From an uncultured Candidatus Binatia bacterium (GTDB taxonomy: Bacteria > Desulfobacterota > Binatia > Bin18), in the NCBI GenBank assembly GCA_965214605.1, contig OZ243961.1:2432001-2496000 (forward strand): 64,000 bases of DNA. The letters run 5' to 3'. Both the position numbers and the translations under genes were made by a program. Below the pieces are notes generated by a model. That model was not told where the DNA came from, made no database searches, and was given only the letters and a program-made list of their open reading frames with translations. This document shows, piece by piece, positions 59,350 through 64,000 of this stretch. Positions within the stretch are counted from its first letter, which is position 1. Each line of letters begins with the position of its first letter.

Positions 59350-61119
59350 CTACTCGGCGTCAGCCTGCCCCTGGAGCTCCTTCTCCGGAACATTTTCGTC
59401 GAGCTTGGTAAATAGCGGCGAGGGGTCCCGCAGAGCTTGCTGCGGCGGTAAGATCGTCGGCTGCCATACGCCCGTCGCTCCACTATGATCGTAGCGCAGG
59501 ACCAGGTGTGAACCCCGCCCGTCCTTGACCTTTTCGGTATACTGGCGACCGAACAGCTGTCCCTCATAGCCCAGCAGTGCGTGGAGCTGTTGACTGGTGT
59601 GGGGTAAAATAGGTGCCCACAGCAGCTTCAACCAATCAATGAGCTGGAGGGCGACATAGATCGTTGTCGCCGCTTGCTGGGAGTCGGACTTGATCGTCTT
59701 CCACGGCGCTTTGTCATGAAAATACAGGTTGGCCCGTTGACTGAGTCGGCGGACTGCATTCAGCGCCAGCTTGAGCTTGACCGCTCCGTACAAATCGCCA
59801 ATGCTCTGAAACCCGGCCTTGATTTCAGCCAAAACGGCCCGGTCGGTGTCGTCCAGCGGGCCCGGCTCAGGGACGAGTCCTTGGAAGCGGGAATTGGCAA
59901 ATCCCAGCACCCGGTTGACCAGATTGCCCCAGTTGGCGACCAGCTCATTGTTAACCCGTTCCACAAAGTCATCCCAGGTAAAGTCAACGTCGTTGCCCTC
60001 CGGTGCTATGGCGGTCAAGGCGTAGCGCCAGGCATCGGCTTGGTAGCGTTCCAGGGCACTGTGGATAGTGATGACATGGCCGCGACTCTTGCTGAACTTA
60101 CGGCCATACATATTGAGGTATTCGTTGGCCGGGACATCGTATGGCAGGTGCAGACCACCGTAGCCAATTAACATCGCCGGCCACATCATGGCGTGGAAGG
60201 GGATATTGTCTTTGCCGATAAAATAGTATGCCCGAGCGTCGGCGTTCACATTCGGGTCCCACCACTCACGCCATTTATCCGGTGTGTTATTCAGCTTGGC
60301 CCACTCGATAGCAGCGCTGAAATAGCCAATCACCGCATCGTACCAGACATAGATACGCTTATCCCCATAGCCGTCGAGTGGAATCGTAATCCCCCACTCT
60401 AAATCACGAGTGATCGGACGACCGCGCAATACCTCTTGTTCGACCTGGGTGCGGGAAAATCGGATGACGTTTGGCCGCCAATGCTTCTTGCTCTGTTGCA
60501 ACCAGTCTCGAAGCGCGGGCTGGAGCTTGCCAAGATCCAGGAAAAAGTGTTTGGTTTGGCGCACCTCGAGGTGAGTATTGCCAGTGATCCGTGAGCGTGG
60601 CTGTTTCAGTTCAATGGCCTCGTAGGTCCGGCCACAGCTGTCACACTGGTCTCCCCGAGCTTCAGGACTGTCGCAAAACGGACACCTGCCCTCGACATAC
60701 CGGTCAGGTAAAAAACGCCTGGCCTCGGGATCGTATAACTGCCGCTGGGTATCGGTGTAGATATAGCGTCGGTCCAGGTGCCGGCGAAACATCTGCTGAG
60801 TCACGTCCCAGTGGTTCTGGGTATCGGTGTGGGTGAACAAATCAAAGGTCAGTCCCAGTTTCTGGTAGCTTTCCACAAAGCCGGCATGAAAGCGCTCGAC
60901 TACAGCGGCCGGACTGCTGCCCTCCGCCTCGGCCCGAACGCTGACCGGCGTCCCATGCGTATCTGAACCACTCACCATTAAGACCTCATTGCCAATCATG
61001 CGCTGGTAGCGCGAAAAGATATCCGGTGGCAAATACGCGCCAGCAATATGACCGATATGTTGCTCGCCGTTAGCATACGGCCAGGCAACACCAACGAGAA
61101 TTTTCCGTGACTGGCTCAT
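59350..61119 (-). CDS. metG: Methionyl-tRNA synthetase (WPYAN/KFSKS, two-knuckle type, no C-terminal OB dimer domain)
   Basis: [20 protein letters not shown] knuckles, [19 protein letters not shown] motifs. Confidence 0.95.
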   Translation of the reverse strand: MSQSRKILVGVAWPYANGEQHIGHIAGAYLPPDIFSRYQRMIGNEVLMVSGSDTHGTPVSVRAEAEGSSPAAVVERFHAGFVESYQKLGLTFDLFTHTDTQNHWDVTQQMFRRHLDRRYIYTDTQRQLYDPEARRFLPDRYVEGRCPFCDSPEARGDQCDSCGRTYEAIELKQPRSRITGNTHLEVRQTKHFFLDLGKLQPALRDWLQQSKKHWRPNVIRFSRTQVEQEVLRGRPITRDLEWGITIPLDGYGDKRIYVWYDAVIGYFSAAIEWAKLNNTPDKWREWWDPNVNADARAYYFIGKDNIPFHAMMWPAMLIGYGGLHLPYDVPANEYLNMYGRKFSKSRGHVITIHSALERYQADAWRYALTAIAPEGNDVDFTWDDFVERVNNELVANWGNLVNRVLGFANSRFQGLVPEPGPLDDTDRAVLAEIKAGFQSIGDLYGAVKLKLALNAVRRLSQRANLYFHDKAPWKTIKSDSQQAATTIYVALQLIDWLKLLWAPILPHTSQQLHALLGYEGQLFGRQYTEKVKDGRGSHLVLRYDHSGATGVWQPTILPPQQALRDPSPLFTKLDENVPEKELQGQADAE

Positions 61120-61169
61120 GTCTTTCTCCTAAAAAGGCGAACGACGCTCTCTTCTTGCTCTATTGGCCC

Positions 61170-62207
61170 TCATGTCTCCCTTGTCTCCTGGGCAGCAAGC
61201 TGTAGTAGCATGTCTTCGACCGCAAGCCGCGCGTTGGCGTTACGCTCCAACGCGGCTATCGTATCATAGACCAAGCTGAATTGTTGCAGGACCTCTTCTA
61301 TGCTCAAGTCTTGAGCTGTGTGGGTGATTGCGGGCAGGCAGTCTGCATAGCGTATCACACCGTCTTGGCCCAACAACACATAGCGCAGGCGTTCTTCGTA
61401 CCAGCTGAGGGCAAGTTCCAACCGATCTCCCCCGGCCGGCTGTTCGACCTGGTGTGTCTTGGCGCGGGGTTTCTTGCTACGGCTGGCCACCAGCCATTCG
61501 GCCAGACCCGACACTCGGCTAAACGGGGCACGCTCGAGCTGGCCCAGCTCTTCAATCAGGTATTGACGCTCTTCGGTGAAGACCTGGGCGTCAAGTGATA
61601 GGGCACGGCCGATGCTGCCCCGACTGTAGAGCGCCAGCAGATGCGCCTCGGCCGGCGGTGTGTCGTGCTCTTGGATTAGGAGTTCCTCGACCGTGGCCAG
61701 TGGCAGGGCGGTGAACCGCACCTGCTGGCAGCGGGACAGCAACGGTCGTGACAGGCTAGCTGCATTGACCGACAGCAGTATCAGCAGCGCAGCACCGAGC
61801 GGCTCTTCGACTATTTTGAGCAGGCTGCTCTGAGCCTGCGGCGTTAGCGCCTGGGCCTCCTCTACTACCCCGATTTTGTGATTGCCATGGGCTGACCGTA
61901 GGCCCAGAAAGTGCTGGAGATCGCGGACTTGATCGATGACTAGCGTCGTTTTGCCCACCCGTGGCCTGACCAGGCTCAGATCGGGATGGGTGCCGTTGGC
62001 AACCGCTCTACACGCCGCGCAACGTTCACAGCCGGTACCGGCCTGCTCGGTACACAACAGCGCTTGAGCCAGCGCCAAGGCGGTCTGCTTTTTGCCCACC
62101 CCAGACGGCCCAACAAAGAGATAGGTATGGGCCAGGCGGCCGGCCGCTAGCGCGTTGTGAAGCGTGCTCAGTGCGGCGGACTGGCCTCTAATCGTGGCGA
62201 ACGACAT
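61170..62207 (-). CDS. holB: DNA polymerase III delta prime
   Basis: GPSGVGK, zinc Cys cluster, HPD, LLKIVEEP, SRC motifs. Confidence 0.93.
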   Translation of the reverse strand: MSFATIRGQSAALSTLHNALAAGRLAHTYLFVGPSGVGKKQTALALAQALLCTEQAGTGCERCAACRAVANGTHPDLSLVRPRVGKTTLVIDQVRDLQHFLGLRSAHGNHKIGVVEEAQALTPQAQSSLLKIVEEPLGAALLILLSVNAASLSRPLLSRCQQVRFTALPLATVEELLIQEHDTPPAEAHLLALYSRGSIGRALSLDAQVFTEERQYLIEELGQLERAPFSRVSGLAEWLVASRSKKPRAKTHQVEQPAGGDRLELALSWYEERLRYVLLGQDGVIRYADCLPAITHTAQDLSIEEVLQQFSLVYDTIAALERNANARLAVEDMLLQLAAQETRET

Positions 62208-62263
62208 ACGGGCAAGGTAAAGACTAAAATATCAAACGTAAAGGGGAGTCTCCGGCCGTCATG

Positions 62264-62932
62264 TCACGTTTGCCGTTTGATGTCTACTGCTTGCCTCATC
62301 CGCTCCAGCGCGATCGACAAAATCTGTTGATGAATACGGTCCACCGGTCGATCGGCATCGATCATATACACCCGTTGGGGATGTTCCCGGGCGATGGCAA
62401 AAAAGCCGTCCCGTACACGCTGGTGGAAATCACGCGTCTGGGCTTCAAAGACGTCCGTCTGCGCTGTTCCTCGGTATTGACTTGCCCGCTGAAGACCGAC
62501 TGTTATAGATATATCGAGAATGAAAGTGAGAGCTGGCATACAGGCGTGACACACAAAACTGTTCAAGCGGTTCAGCAGAGTGGGTGGGAGACCTCGTCCA
62601 TGGCCCTGATAGGCGATCGTGGAATCCACAAAACGATCGGAGATCACGACCGTGCTGGCCTGCAGTTCGGGTAGGATGACTTCATGAACATGCTGAGCCC
62701 GATCCGCTAGCAGGAGCAACAGTTCTGCCTCCGCGATCAGCGGTGCTCCGTCGGGCTCTAATACCAGCCGGCGCACGACTTTTCCAACTTCGGTGCCGCC
62801 CGGCTCACGGGTGACAAGGACCTTGTGTCCTCGCTCCCGTAGTGCCTCGGCCAAGAGAGCGGCTTGGGTTGTCTTGCCACCGCCCTCAATCCCCTCGAAG
62901 GTGAGAAAGAATCCAGCCATAACTCTCCTCAC
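62264..62932 (-). CDS. tmk: Thymidylate kinase
   Basis: FEGIEGGGKTTQ, TREPGG, DRF..ST.AYQG motifs. Confidence 0.95.
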   Translation of the reverse strand: MRRVMAGFFLTFEGIEGGGKTTQAALLAEALRERGHKVLVTREPGGTEVGKVVRRLVLEPDGAPLIAEAELLLLLADRAQHVHEVILPELQASTVVISDRFVDSTIAYQGHGRGLPPTLLNRLNSFVCHACMPALTFILDISITVGLQRASQYRGTAQTDVFEAQTRDFHQRVRDGFFAIAREHPQRVYMIDADRPVDRIHQQILSIALERMRQAVDIKRQT

Positions 62933-62986
62933 TCCGCATCTGTATCGCAGAGCATAGCGAAAATCGGCCCCGGACTCCAGCGGCGC

Positions 62987-63997
62987 TTAGACCTCCAAAC
63001 CGACCGAACGCATCAGCGCCAGCGCGTTGCTCTTAGTAGTAACGCCCGGGCGGATACGGTAGTCAAAACGTAGCTGGCCGTCCTCAAAACAATCTTCAAA
63101 ACACACGTTTGCGGCCTGGGGCGTTAGGGTGTTGGCTATATCGGCTAGCGCTAGATCATGGGTGGTCACTAGGCCGATCGCGTTGCGTTCGAGTAGGCTG
63201 CGGACCAGAGCTTCTGCACCGCTGCGCCGGTCATGTGAATTTGTGCCGTGTAAAAGCTCGTCCAGCAGAAACAGGACCGGAACGTCTGTCCGGGTGAGAT
63301 CCATAATCTGACTCAGCCGCATAATTTCTGCGTAGAAGCGCGAACTGCCGGCCTGCAGTGAGTCTTGAATGCGCAGGGTTGCACCTGGCATCAGCGGCGA
63401 CAGGCGCAGAGACTGAGCGCGGACTGGCGCGCCAGCCAGAGCTAAAATCGCATTAGTCCCGACCGTTCTAAGCAAGGTGCTCTTGCCCGACATGTTCGAG
63501 CCGCTCACGACGAGCACCCGGAGTGGATCCCCTAGCCGCACATCATTCCTGACACAGCTGTCCTCGGGTAGGAGCGGATGACCTAACCGCGTACCTTCGA
63601 AGTACGGTCCTGTTGGAATAATGTCTGGAAACGGGTCGGCAGGATGCTCGTAAGCATAGCTGGCCAAGGCGGATAAGGCTTCAAACTCTCCAACCACCGT
63701 CAACCACGCCGCAATAGCCTGGCCGGAAGTTCTGCGCCAGGCTTCAATCGCCAGCCCCATCTGGGTAGTCCACAGCAAGAGCGATGCGAGTGGAGCAAAA
63801 AACTGATTTTTGCGCGATTCGAGTAGAGCAACAAGCCGTTGGAACTGAGCAATCTGGCGGGATGGAGGTCGCACGCCGCTCGCCAGTCGGTTTTGCAGCG
63901 TTCTTAGGCGTGGACTGCTAAATTGCTGGTTTTCAAGGCAGGCTAGGATATCGGATAGCACCGATAAGTCGTGGAGCAAACGTTCAATACCAGCCAC
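62987..63997 (-). CDS. MutS-related ATPase (domain V type); N-terminus lies beyond the window
   Basis: GSNMSGKST, SRFYAEI, LLDELLHGTNS, TTHDL motifs. Confidence 0.85.
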   Translation of the reverse strand: MAGIERLLHDLSVLSDILACLENQQFSSPRLRTLQNRLASGVRPPSRQIAQFQRLVALLESRKNQFFAPLASLLLWTTQMGLAIEAWRRTSGQAIAAWLTVVGEFEALSALASYAYEHPADPFPDIIPTGPYFEGTRLGHPLLPEDSCVRNDVRLGDPLRVLVVSGSNMSGKSTLLRTVGTNAILALAGAPVRAQSLRLSPLMPGATLRIQDSLQAGSSRFYAEIMRLSQIMDLTRTDVPVLFLLDELLHGTNSHDRRSGAEALVRSLLERNAIGLVTTHDLALADIANTLTPQAANVCFEDCFEDGQLRFDYRIRPGVTTKSNALALMRSVGLEV

Positions 63998-64000
63998 AGA

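Overview
A roughly 60% GC bacterial chromosomal window. Gene content and order (hpnH, many amidohydrolases, LLM/CoA-transferases, ispE-tRNA-Gln-prs-rplY-pth-rpsF-rpsR-rplI, tmk-holB-metG-tatD) suggest a deltaproteobacteria-like lineage such as Binatia, possibly a host-associated (e.g. sponge) symbiont. This taxonomic placement is inference. About 50 intact CDS and 2 tRNAs (Gln-TTG, Val-GAC) are present. Most apparently empty gaps are readable as decayed genes: a tandem OMP beta-barrel, a ParA/DnaB/HicB/IS630/HsdR-N island, a free-standing ThrRS editing domain, RidA, an SH3 protein and pth. The main leads are: (1) remodelling of the tRNA-charging and recycling apparatus (pth broken in situ, thrS and pheST absent from their usual operon, a possibly foreign metG in the native slot, a dead ThrRS editing gene); (2) a coupled hpnH-Zn-ADH-methylsulfurylase-like cupin-tal/pgi-rpiA operon; (3) a LutH-like TonB receptor with a hyper-acidic loop; (4) a convergent nadV/pyrB pair with structured leaders; (5) a solitary His-tailed groEL behind a 32-bp direct repeat. 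All family assignments come from motif recognition by eye; no database searches were run.
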